A stretch of DNA of 63,784 bases, counting the filler, from Chrysochromulina tobinii (taxonomy: Eukaryota): assembly GCA_001275005.1 (NCBI GenBank). It is 6 parts of 6 records of this genome, joined end to end, with 100 filler letters (N's around TTAATTAATTAA, not from the genome) between each part and the next. Parts side by side here need not be neighbours in the genome. Positions count along the whole stretch, not along the records: positions 17,251 to 32,346 come from JWZX01000107.1; positions 32,447 to 43,970 come from JWZX01000108.1; 4 more parts are not named here. One strand, given 5' to 3'. Made by a program: the position numbers and the translations under genes. This document shows, one piece after another, positions 23,365-33,180 of this stretch. Every line of letters begins with the position of its first letter. Position 1 is the first letter of the stretch. The notes under the pieces were generated by a model that saw only the letters and a program-made list of their open reading frames with translations, searched no databases and was not told where the DNA came from.

Positions 23365-26300
23365 ATGGTTGTGCTGGACACCCGCCACACCCTCTCCATT
23401 GAACCCACATCCAAGGTAGGCGGCCCACCGAGCCGCTATCGGCCGATCAGCCCGCGAAAGACACCGCCTGCAATCCAGGATGACAAGCGATCACCATCAC
23501 CGCCCGAGCATAAGCCGATTGCGCAGCGTCCGAACACGTCTCCGTCACCGCGGCGAAGGCCGCCCTCCCGAGCGGCCAAGGCGACAGCGGCCACCGGCGG
23601 CAGCGCTAGCCAAAGCGGCGACGCGATCAAGCCCGCGCTGGACCGTAAGGCGCTCAACCCGCACTGGCGGAAAGTGATGGGGGTCATCGACCGCGTCAAC
23701 GGCCAGATCGAGGACTCGGAGCGGGTGCGCGGTGACCAGGTGGCCGGCGACACGCTCGACCTTGTCGAAGTCGACACGGCCGTGCGCAAGGAGATGATGC
23801 ATCGCCTGGGCCGCAAGCTCAACGAGATGATCGACGAGCAAACGCAGCATGCGGTGCAGCAGTCCAACAACCTCGAGAAGGTGGACACGTGGCTGATCGA
23901 GGCGGCCGCGCGCCTCGAGCAGGACGACGATGGCGACCCGTTCGCTCAAGCCGCGGTCGTGCGGCCGGACGCGTCGGTGGGTGCGATGCTCAACCGGCAG
24001 ACAGAGATGGGGCAGGCCCTATCCAAGGTGCACCGGAAGATGTCGCAGATGGTGGCGGACCTGAGCGCCAACAAGGCGAGCGGCGAGCAGGCGCAGGCCA
24101 AGGTGCTCGAGCTCGAGCAGCGGCTCGCGATGCAGGGCGTTGAGATCGCCAAGGCACAGAGCGCAGTCCTCGACGAGAAGGCGCGCGCCGACCAGGTGGC
24201 CCACCAGGCGCGGCTACAGAACGAGCTCTTGACGAAACAGCGCGATGAGGCGCGCGATGAGGCGGCGGCGCACCGCACCGCGATACGCAAGACCCGCAAG
24301 GAAGATCGGAAGGCCCTCGAGGAGGCCCTCGAGCCGCTCAACGCCCAGGTTGCCAAGCTCTCGATGGAGCTGCGACAGTCGCACGCGGTTCTCGAGAAGC
24401 GTGACGATGAGCTTTTCGACCTGCATGCGAAGCTCGAAGAAATAGCCATCAAGGAGGCGGGAGCCGTCAAGGTGATCAACGAGGTCAAGGTGATCAAAGA
24501 GGTCCGAGAGGTGGTCACCGAGCGCGGTTCAACGGGCGGCACGACTTCCCCGATCGTCACGCGGCGCGCCGAGCTCAAGCGGCGTGCAGCCGAGGGAGAG
24601 CTCTCCGAGCACGAGGCTCTCGAAATGGAAGCTCACCACGCCAGCGGCTCGGAGCAGTTCCCCGCCTTCCTCGATGAGGTCCGTGAGGAGGTGCGCGTCG
24701 AGGTGCGGGCGGAGCTCCAGTCGGAGCTACTGGGGATGCAGCAGAGGCTCGAGGCGACAGAGGAGCGCGCGCACGCCGCCGAGCAGCGCAACTCCGCAGA
24801 CGAGCAGCGCATCTCGGCAGCCGAGCAGCGCATCTCCGAAGCCGAGCAGCAGGTGGCCGCCGCTGTTGCGACTGCTGAGGTGCACAAGGCGGCAGCGCAG
24901 GAGGCGCACGCGGCAGCGGCGCAGGCGAGGTACGCGGCGATTGAGCAGATGGAGGCCGTCCAGGCCGCCCAGGCCGCGGCGATCGAGGCGGCGGTCGAGG
25001 CGGCGGTCGCGGAGGTGGCCGAGGGATCGGCGACCGCGCCCGGCCAGCAGCAGCAGCGTCGCCGTCGAAGAAGAAGTGGGTCGATGCACGCTGCCAAGGC
25101 GGGGGCGCGGCGGCGCGTGGGCGGCGGCGCGGCGGAGGATGGCGACGAGTACGAGTACGACTACGACTACGAAGATCACGGCCTTGTCGGCCTCGACGGC
25201 GGGGAGCGGCAAGAGGAGGAGCCCGCGCCGTCGGCCGCGCCGTCGGCCTCAGATGATGATCTCGGCGAGTGGAGCCGGCGCTACGCGGCGGCGCACGACG
25301 CACCCGGCGTGCCCGAGGATCCGGCCGCGGTGGATGCGGCAGCGGTGGCCGAACGGAAGCGGTTGGCGCTCGTTCGAGACTTGTGCACCGCACAGGATGC
25401 GGTGCTCAAGGAGGCGTCCGTGCTGCGCGCGACGCTCGAACGCATTGGTGGCGACGTCTCGGCTCCCATTCTGCGCGGCGTGGTGATGGCGGCGAAGCCC
25501 GGCGTGGCCAAGCGCCTCGCAATCGAGCTATTTGAGCTCCATGAGCACCGCCAGCTCGTCGACGCGAACGCTGACGTCGCGTTGCCAGAGGGCTGGAAGG
25601 ACCTTCCCGCGGAGATTCGGTACAAGGTGCCTGAAGGATGGGGGCCCATTGACGACAAGGCGTTGCTCGAGGCGGCCGAGGCACGCCGCGCCCTGGAGGA
25701 GCGCTGCGCCGAGCTTGAGGAGGCGTTACGCGTCGCGTCGCTCGAGCTCGAGGAGAGTCGCGCCAGGCTGCGCGCCCAGCTGGCAGCGAGCGAGGCGGAG
25801 AGAGAGAGAGCGAGAGAGCTGGCTGAGGCCCTCGCCGCTGCCAAGGCCAAGGTCGAGGCCCTCACCGCCGGGCTCAATGACGCGGAGGCCGCGGCCAGAG
25901 CCAAGGCGGCCGCCGAGGCTGACGCCCTGCGGCGCGCTGCTGCCGGCAAGCTGGACGCTCTGGACGCTGACGCGGCGGCTGAGGCGGTCCTGAGGACGGC
26001 GATGACGCGCGAGGCCGCCCAGGCCGCCGAGGATGCTGCCGAGCTTGCAGCGGCCGAGCTTGCGGAGAGCGCGGCGCGCAGCTCGAGGCCAGGGACCAGG
26101 GAGGGCTCACGAGGCGGTGCGGCCTCAGCAGCCGATGCCGCCGCCGCATTGGCCGCGGCCGAGGCTGCCGACGCGCTCGCACGGGAGGCCGCGAGGGCGG
26201 AGCAGATGGCCGCACTGGCGCGGGATACTCGTGAGAAGGCGGAGGTGGCCGAGGAGGCGGCTGCTCGTGTTGCAGGCGTCGAGTACTCGCGCCCATCGTC

Positions 26301-29300
26301 GCGTGGCTCGCGCCCGACGTCACGAGGCGGGCTCGGGCCGCCCTCGGCGATGACGAGCTTACTCACCGAGGCCCAGGAGGAGGCGGCGGCGGCGCGGCTC
26401 GCCGCCCAGCAGGCACTCGAGGAGCTTGAGAGCCTGCGCGAGGAGATGGCGGCGGCGCGCGAGGAGGCGGCGGCGGCGCGGCTCGCCGCCCAGCAGGCAC
26501 TCGAGGAGCTTGAGAGCCTGCGCGAACAGATGGCGGCGGACGCGGCGGCGGCGGCCAAGGCGGCGGAGGAGGCGCGCTTACGTATCAAGGAGCTCGAGGC
26601 GAAGCTCAAGGCGGCGCATGCGGACTTCGCGCGTGAAAGGGAGGAGCTGCTCGAGAGGCAACGCGAGCTCGAGGCGCGGCTCGCGGCGGCGGCAGCCCTG
26701 GGCGCTGGCACGGGGGAGGCGGCGGCGGCTGTGAAGGCTCTCGAGCAGAAGTACAAGGAGCAGTTCGATGCTCTGCAGGCGCAGCTGGCAGCGGCGGCGG
26801 CGGAGCGCGATGAGGCAAGGCGGCGCGAGAAGATGCGCAACACCCTCCTTTTCATGGCAAACAAGAGGAAGTATGAGGCCATCCATCAAGGCAAGGCGTG
26901 GGCCGCGACCCTTGAGGTGGAACTACGCTCGCTCGAGGCGGCGCACGCAGAGGCGACCGCTGCGTGCAAGCGCGCGGCCGCCGCCGCCGCCTCGTCGACC
27001 CAGGTTCGGGACCACTCGGAGGCGAGCTTGGTCCTCGTGGCGCGCGCCATTCGGCAGTTGAGCGACCGGCGGATGCGAAGGAAACTCGACGAGCGTGAGG
27101 CAGCCCATGCAGCCGAGCTCGAGGCACTTCGAGCGCGCTTCGAAGCCGAGAGTGCCGCGTGGCAGAGCCGGCTGCACGCCGCGGAGGAGCGTGCCGCGGC
27201 GGCCTTGTCAGCACAGGCGAGCCTCGAGGCCCAGTTAGCCAACCTCGGGCAGATGGCCTCGCTGCATAAGGACGTTGGAGCCGCCGCCACACAAGAGGCG
27301 CGAAAGAAGCTCGAGGACGCCGAGGAGAGGGCGCGTGCCGCTCAGGCGGCGGCGGACGCGGCGGCCAAGGAGCGCGACGATGCCCAACGGAGGCTCGCCG
27401 AGCTCGAGGCGGCGTTGAGGGCACTGCAGGAGAAGCTGCGGGAGAGCGAAGCCGCAGTCGCGGCGGCCGAGGCGCGCGCCGCGAGCGCCGAGGCGCGCTG
27501 CCAGGCGCTCGAGGGCGCGGGCGGCGCGGCGGCGTCCGCGCTCGAGGCGGCGCTTGAGGAGGAGCGCGCGGCGGCGGCGCGGCGTGGCCAGCAGCTCAAT
27601 CAACAGCTGGCGGAGCAAAGGGCGGCGCTCGCGGCGGCCAAGGAGGCGCTCGAGAGAGCGCTCGCCGCAGCGGCTGCCGACCGAGCGCGAGCTCTCGATC
27701 TCGAGGCGAGGCTCCGTGATCTCTTGGCGCGCTCGGACGCGGAACGTGTGCTCGCGCTCCGGCTGAGGCGCGCGATCGACGAGCGCAAGCTTCTGGGCGT
27801 GAAGCAGCAGCTCCACGAGATGATGGCCAAGGTCGTTGATCTCGCGTCCGAGCTCTCATCGGAGAGGGCAAGGATCGCCTCGGAGCGCGCCGACCTCGAG
27901 CGCCGGGTTCGGGAGGCACGCGGAGGCGCTCGGATCGCGTCGCGCTACTGGCAGAAGAAGGCGCAGCTGCAGACGGTGCAGGCCATCCTCGCCGACCGCA
28001 AGCAGAAGGGGGCCGAGGCGCGGTGTGCCGAGCTCGAAGCGTACGTGACCGAGCTGGGCAACGCCGACAAGCGGATGGCCGTGCTCGAGGCGGCGCGGCG
28101 CTCGACGGCTGAGGAGCGAGATGTCGCGAGGTCCGATCTCGCCTACTGCGAGATGAACCTGCTCGAGGCGCGCCAGGCAGCCGAGAGCGTGACGGCGCTG
28201 CTCGCGGCGGCGCGTGCCGCCCACGACGGCGCGCAGCATCGCGTGGCCGAGCTCCAAGCCGAGCTGCAGGCTGCCCTCCCACTGATGACGTGGAAGGTGC
28301 AGGCCGAGGACGTGGTGCGCCGCGACGCGCAGCTGCACGACGAGCTCACCACGGCAGACCAGCGACTCTCCGAGTTTGAGACGCGCCTCGGCGCGCTCCA
28401 GGCTAACCTCGCCAAGGCGAGCGCCGTCGCGGGCAGTGCGTCGGCCTCGTTGCTGGCTCGGATGGCGGACAAGGAGGCGAGAGAGGCGTCGAGGTGGTCG
28501 GAGCGGCGCCAGCAGCTCATGGAGCTGCGCGAGGGCAATCTGCTCCGCGGCCTCTCGACGCTCGGCAAGCTCATGAACAACGCCCAGCACGACGCCTTTG
28601 ACGAGCTCAGACATATCGAGGCGACGACGCTCGGCATCGGCGGCAGTGGCGGCAATGACTTTGAAGGGCGCGTGCCGCCGGTGGTTCGGCCGCCCAAGCA
28701 GAGCAGCGACTTTTACAATCGGCAGTCGACGACCATCAACCGTTGGCTCGAGCAGCAGGCGCTCGGCCGACCCGAGTCGCGACCCGCCTCACCGCCCACC
28801 CTACCTTGGGTCTCCTCCTCGGCTGCACCCGGAGCGGCGGCGGCCGACGAATGGCCTCCTCGCCCTCGTGTGGCAGAGGATGAGGGGGCACTCAGCCTGG
28901 CACCCGCCGGGGCCCCCGGGCACAACATCGAGCGCGCGACCACCCCGCGCTCGACTGGCCGCAGCTCAATGCTTCTCCCTGGTCTCTCTCAAGAGCTGAG
29001 CAATGCGCTCGCGCTCGCGGAGGAAGACGGCGCCGCGCCGGCCGCCGCCGCGGACGCGATGAGCAAGCTCTTCGAGGCGGCTGTGCGCCTCACGTGGAAC
29101 TCAAAGTCCCCGCCGCGCACCGCCGAGCCCGGGGCGCGCCGTCCTAATTTGGGTAGCGTCCCTTATTTGGGTCCAGCTGGCACCGCGAGCGGCGACGGGC
29201 TGTTCTCGGCACCCATCTCGGCGCCGAGCACGCGACCCGCCTCGCATCAGGCGCCGCGCCGGCCTACCCCAACGCTCGAAGGGCTGCGCCGCCCCGCCCA

Positions 29301-29613
29301 GAGTGCCCGCGGCGGCGCCGGTGGCGCGACCACGGTGCCGATGCCCCTGGCGCTCTCCGTCTCCTCTCGTGGCGCCTTGCCCCTGCCGCTCGACGCCAAG
29401 GGCGTGATCACTCACTTTTCCACGCAGTGGGCTTCGCGGCCCCTGCTCGGGCAGGGGCGCAACCGCGAGGACCTCGTCACAGCCACCTACAACACCGCGC
29501 CGCCGACGCCGCGCGAACGGGCGCGGCGGCCCACCAAACGGAGTGGTGCGGGCGAGCTCGTGCAGCAGCCACCGCACACTGCGCAGGCACTGCCACCGCT
29601 TCCTCGAGTATGA
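23365..29613 (+). CDS. Giant Ala/Glu-rich coiled-coil protein (about 2080 aa, apparently intronless)
   Basis: Single 6.2-kb ORF with heptad-rich A/E/L/R composition and Pro/Ser-rich termini. Likely ATG at 23365. Internal 84-nt duplication near 26376-26535. Confidence 0.8.
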   Translation: MVVLDTRHTLSIEPTSKVGGPPSRYRPISPRKTPPAIQDDKRSPSPPEHKPIAQRPNTSPSPRRRPPSRAAKATAATGGSASQSGDAIKPALDRKALNPHWRKVMGVIDRVNGQIEDSERVRGDQVAGDTLDLVEVDTAVRKEMMHRLGRKLNEMIDEQTQHAVQQSNNLEKVDTWLIEAAARLEQDDDGDPFAQAAVVRPDASVGAMLNRQTEMGQALSKVHRKMSQMVADLSANKASGEQAQAKVLELEQRLAMQGVEIAKAQSAVLDEKARADQVAHQARLQNELLTKQRDEARDEAAAHRTAIRKTRKEDRKALEEALEPLNAQVAKLSMELRQSHAVLEKRDDELFDLHAKLEEIAIKEAGAVKVINEVKVIKEVREVVTERGSTGGTTSPIVTRRAELKRRAAEGELSEHEALEMEAHHASGSEQFPAFLDEVREEVRVEVRAELQSELLGMQQRLEATEERAHAAEQRNSADEQRISAAEQRISEAEQQVAAAVATAEVHKAAAQEAHAAAAQARYAAIEQMEAVQAAQAAAIEAAVEAAVAEVAEGSATAPGQQQQRRRRRRSGSMHAAKAGARRRVGGGAAEDGDEYEYDYDYEDHGLVGLDGGERQEEEPAPSAAPSASDDDLGEWSRRYAAAHDAPGVPEDPAAVDAAAVAERKRLALVRDLCTAQDAVLKEASVLRATLERIGGDVSAPILRGVVMAAKPGVAKRLAIELFELHEHRQLVDANADVALPEGWKDLPAEIRYKVPEGWGPIDDKALLEAAEARRALEERCAELEEALRVASLELEESRARLRAQLAASEAERERARELAEALAAAKAKVEALTAGLNDAEAAARAKAAAEADALRRAAAGKLDALDADAAAEAVLRTAMTREAAQAAEDAAELAAAELAESAARSSRPGTREGSRGGAASAADAAAALAAAEAADALAREAARAEQMAALARDTREKAEVAEEAAARVAGVEYSRPSSRGSRPTSRGGLGPPSAMTSLLTEAQEEAAAARLAAQQALEELESLREEMAAAREEAAAARLAAQQALEELESLREQMAADAAAAAKAAEEARLRIKELEAKLKAAHADFAREREELLERQRELEARLAAAAALGAGTGEAAAAVKALEQKYKEQFDALQAQLAAAAAERDEARRREKMRNTLLFMANKRKYEAIHQGKAWAATLEVELRSLEAAHAEATAACKRAAAAAASSTQVRDHSEASLVLVARAIRQLSDRRMRRKLDEREAAHAAELEALRARFEAESAAWQSRLHAAEERAAAALSAQASLEAQLANLGQMASLHKDVGAAATQEARKKLEDAEERARAAQAAADAAAKERDDAQRRLAELEAALRALQEKLRESEAAVAAAEARAASAEARCQALEGAGGAAASALEAALEEERAAAARRGQQLNQQLAEQRAALAAAKEALERALAAAAADRARALDLEARLRDLLARSDAERVLALRLRRAIDERKLLGVKQQLHEMMAKVVDLASELSSERARIASERADLERRVREARGGARIASRYWQKKAQLQTVQAILADRKQKGAEARCAELEAYVTELGNADKRMAVLEAARRSTAEERDVARSDLAYCEMNLLEARQAAESVTALLAAARAAHDGAQHRVAELQAELQAALPLMTWKVQAEDVVRRDAQLHDELTTADQRLSEFETRLGALQANLAKASAVAGSASASLLARMADKEAREASRWSERRQQLMELREGNLLRGLSTLGKLMNNAQHDAFDELRHIEATTLGIGGSGGNDFEGRVPPVVRPPKQSSDFYNRQSTTINRWLEQQALGRPESRPASPPTLPWVSSSAAPGAAAADEWPPRPRVAEDEGALSLAPAGAPGHNIERATTPRSTGRSSMLLPGLSQELSNALALAEEDGAAPAAAADAMSKLFEAAVRLTWNSKSPPRTAEPGARRPNLGSVPYLGPAGTASGDGLFSAPISAPSTRPASHQAPRRPTPTLEGLRRPAQSARGGAGGATTVPMPLALSVSSRGALPLPLDAKGVITHFSTQWASRPLLGQGRNREDLVTATYNTAPPTPRERARRPTKRSGAGELVQQPPHTAQALPPLPRV

Positions 29614-30454
29614 TATATACCTTGTTTGATTTACCTTGTTTATCGATGTCCTAGTCTACTCCTAGAGATGCCAGATGCGATGGGTGCAGGGTCACGAAGT
29701 CACAAAACGAAATAACTTGTACTTTAACTTCGCGTATAGCGAGTCGTGACGTGTGTTCGGTCGGCACGCCAGACCGGACTGGCTGTGGCTCGTCAGCTAT
29801 ACGGTGCCGTCACCGGTGTCAATCTCTGTTGGTACAGTCTGTTCCGGATTCGCTATTCGATCCGACCGCGAGACCGTAACTCGTACGAGTTTTTCGGCTG
29901 GTCACGTACGCCCCACACGCCAGTAAGTTTTTCGGCTGGTTTATGCCCCACACGGTGCCACGCCGCACGCGCCACCTCCACACACACCACAGCAACGCCA
30001 ACGGCTAAGTACCGCCAACCGCCGATGCCACCACAGAGGTGTTTCATGTTAGTTTCATGCGGTGGGTCGCTAGCGCTCTTGCGCTAGATTGGTTGTCTTC
30101 CAGAGCGAACAACGTTAAGGGCGGCAGGCGCAACATCACCTCGACCCGTGCTGTCGAGCCCGGAGCGCCGGCGGGCGGGTGAAACTAACATGCATGTATC
30201 GATGAATGCATGAATATACAGAAGCATACTGCGCTTGTGCCAATTCTGAGGAGAATTAGGACAAAAAGAGCACGAAAGAGCATGAACGTGGAACGAAAGG
30301 TCCACCAGAACATACATCATACAGCCACCAAGTTGTGTAGTTGACCAGTGGGCCCATCAACCTTCACCTTGAAGGAGTGGGGCTCTAACCTGGCTTCTCT
30401 CAGCTAGTGCTAGATCCCAGTCTTAGACCTCGTGTTTATACCTCATGTCTTCTC

Positions 30455-30670
30455 GTGTCGAGGTCTGTCGAGGTCTGTCGAGGTCTGTCGAGCTGTCGAG
30501 CTGTCGAGCTTGACACTTGACGCCGCCGTCGCATGGAGTCAGGGGTAAGTCAGGGGGGTTCTGTCGAGGTCTGTCGAGGTCTGTCGAGGTCTGTCGAGTA
30601 GCTGTCAAGCTACATGTAGCCTGTCGAGTAGCTGTCGAGTTTCCTGTCGAGTTGTCGAGGCCAGGGCTCA
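30455..30670 (-). mobile_element. Second, shorter copy of the TCGAC-rich repeat family, inverted
   Basis: The reverse complement begins tgagccctggcctcgacaactcgacaggaaactcgacagctactcgacag and contains cagaacccccctga, matching 18388-18545. Confidence 0.75.
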
Positions 30671-30922
30671 AGCCAGCTCTCGGGGCTGATTATTACTTAA
30701 CATCCCTAACAAGTCGTGATGCATACGATATAGCTCTGCTCCGTACGATATAGAGAAGACTAATCAAGATAAATATACAAGCAAGCAAGCAAATCAGTCG
30801 AAGGCAACTCACGGTAGAAGTACCTAAGAAGTACCTAAACAAGCGCAACCGAGTACCCCAAGTAACAAACAATGACTCTTACATCATGATGATGAATCTT
30901 GAAATGTCACGACCATCCACGT

Positions 30923-32346
30923 TCACACTCGGTCACCATGATGCTCCAAGCGGCTGAGCACTGCCGCTTTTGCAGCCGCCTTTTGCTTCAGCGTCTCGTC
31001 GTTCCAGATCAGGCACTGCTGGCCAAAGTGGAGGAAGCGTTCCTTGCTTTCGGCGCTCACAAATTCGATCGAGCCGTCGTGCGCCTTCTCCTTGGTCATC
31101 TCGCAGTGCACGAGATACTCGTCCTCGCATTGGTCCTTGAGCATCTTGCGCAGCTGCTTGTATGCCCGGCCCGTCGCCACCTTGACCGCCTTGGCCGTGG
31201 ACGGCGAGGCCGAGGACGACGTGCTGCTTGCATCCTCTCCGAGGGCACTCTCGCCGATCAGAACGCTGCCCGAAAACACCCTCTCAAACATCTTGACCGC
31301 CTCGACCTCCGCCTTCGACACCGCCTGAGACGGCAGTCCCTTAACCGACTCCAGCGGCAACCCCGCAATGCAGCCTGCTGCGGCGGTCATCTTGACAATC
31401 CGAAGGCCCGCCGAGATGATCTTGCGGTTCTCGACCAGCCACTTCTTGGGCATTTCCAGCTTGTAGCCGTCGCCGTCGGAGCCGCAGTGCACCGCGCAGC
31501 CGGTCACCGGGTCGAGGAAGACGAGGCGGTACTTGTCCTTCAGAAATTCCCTCTTGACGAGCTGCCTCAGCTTCGACCTCGAAGCCTCCATCGGCAGGAG
31601 CACAAAGAGGCGGGGGCAGTCGAGCTCGCCCTCGGCGAGACGGATAAGGCTACGCCTATTGGACTCGGTCTCCGCCTTGAGCTCACTGAGCTCCTGCATC
31701 GCCTGTCGGAACATGTCCGACTGCTGCTGCAGCATCACACTCAGCGCACTCGCGAGCTCGCCGCCGCTACCGCCGGGCATCTGCGAGAGCACCGAAAAAG
31801 CATGCTGGCGGAGCAGGCCCTGCGACGTCTCCAAGGCTGCCTTCTCCTCTGCCAGGTCTGACAGCTCCGCCGCCGTCGTCGTTGGGTCCCCCTGTACCGC
31901 GCTAATCTGCACGAGGGAGAGGCTCAGCGCCTCCGCCTCGGATTCAGTCGAGATCAGCTGAGTCGCGAGCGCCAGGTGCGACGCCTCCAGCTCAGAACCC
32001 TTGGAGAGTGAGCTCTCCATCTTCTCGAGCATCGCGACGACGTCACATCTCCCTGCCCCCTTGCCGCCCTCTACACCCACCTCGCGGCTTCCGTCGAGGG
32101 GAGCGCTGCCGCTGCCAAAGGTCGGGCGCTGCGTATACTCAGCGTGCCAGCAGCCCTCGATCAGCCTCACCATCGCCGAGATGGTCTTGTCCCGCCACTC
32201 CTCGTTCGGGTCGGCCAGCGTCGGCCGCACGCCCTGGGCCACTGCCTGCGGCAAAGACGTCGCAGCCGCCTGCATCTTTGCGTACGGCTGCTCACCACAG
32301 ACGACGATCCACGCGAGGATGGAAAAGGCGTAGACGTCAGCTTCGG
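30923..32346 (-). CDS. TKL-like protein kinase C-lobe plus C-terminal Roco/Tornado-like domain; 5'-partial
   Basis: EADVYAFSILAWIVVCGEQPY and CWHAEYTQRPTF (subdomains IX-XI), followed by CPRLFVLLP...YRLVFLDPVTG...GYKLEMPKKWL. Confidence 0.75.
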
Positions 32347-32446
32347 NNNNNNNNNNNNNNNNNNNNNNNNNNNNNNNNNNNNNNNNNNNNTTAATTAATT
32401 AANNNNNNNNNNNNNNNNNNNNNNNNNNNNNNNNNNNNNNNNNNNN
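32347..32446. other. Artificial contig linker
   Basis: N-TTAATTAATTAA-N. Confidence 0.97.
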
Positions 32447-32448
32447 AA

Positions 32449-32485
<37 letters not shown>

Positions 32486-32697
32486 TGAAGCCCCATCTCC
32501 TTTCTGTCTGTCGAGCATGTACAAGAAGGTTTTCGACGCGTTGCACAGCAAAACTTGGATCATGACCCCTGTGCTTGTGGTCGGAACGCCGGGGACGGTT
32601 TCGTCGTGAGCCAAACTTCTTTTTTCTTTTGCACCCCGCCGAATATTGTCCAGACGCCTGTGCTGCTCGGATCCCTCGGGGTCTCACGGATCGCGTG

Positions 32698-33148
32698 ATG
32701 CCGGTCATGTCGTCACCGGATCCTCTGACGGCCTCACTCAAGGAGCTGTGTGACACGTCGGCCGCCGACATCTCAACTCTCTACTCCGTGCACGACGTAC
32801 TCGGCGAGGGCCGCTTCTCCAGGGTCTATGCGGCCGTGGATGAGAGGAACGGGCAGGTGCTCGCGTTGAAGGAGCTCGACATGAGCGCGATTGCGGAGGA
32901 CGAGGAGGCGTTCGATATGCTCAAGGCGGAGGTGCTTGCGCTGCGGCGCGCCGGCAACGCGCCGCACATCGTCCGGCTGCGCGAGGTCATCGCCTCGTCC
33001 GACGCCATCTGGCTTGCCATGGAGCGCGTTCCCGGCCGCGAGCTCTTCGAGGTGGTGTCGCAGCGCGGCGCGCTTGAAAACGGCATCGTGCGCCACTTGA
33101 TGCAGCAGCTGCTTACGGCGCTCACGGCGCTCGCCGAGCTCGGCGTGG

Positions 33149-33180
<32 letters not shown>

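Noticed and set aside
13524..28697. Numerous long antisense or alternative-frame ORFs (e.g. 15671-17128, 20514-22268, 25281-26882)
   Set aside because: Shadow ORFs caused by high GC and codon bias of the real genes; low-complexity Arg/Ala/Ser translations.
32447..32484. Poly(T) tract as a retroposon tail
   Set aside because: It lies at a contig edge with no element body or TSD visible, so it cannot be supported.
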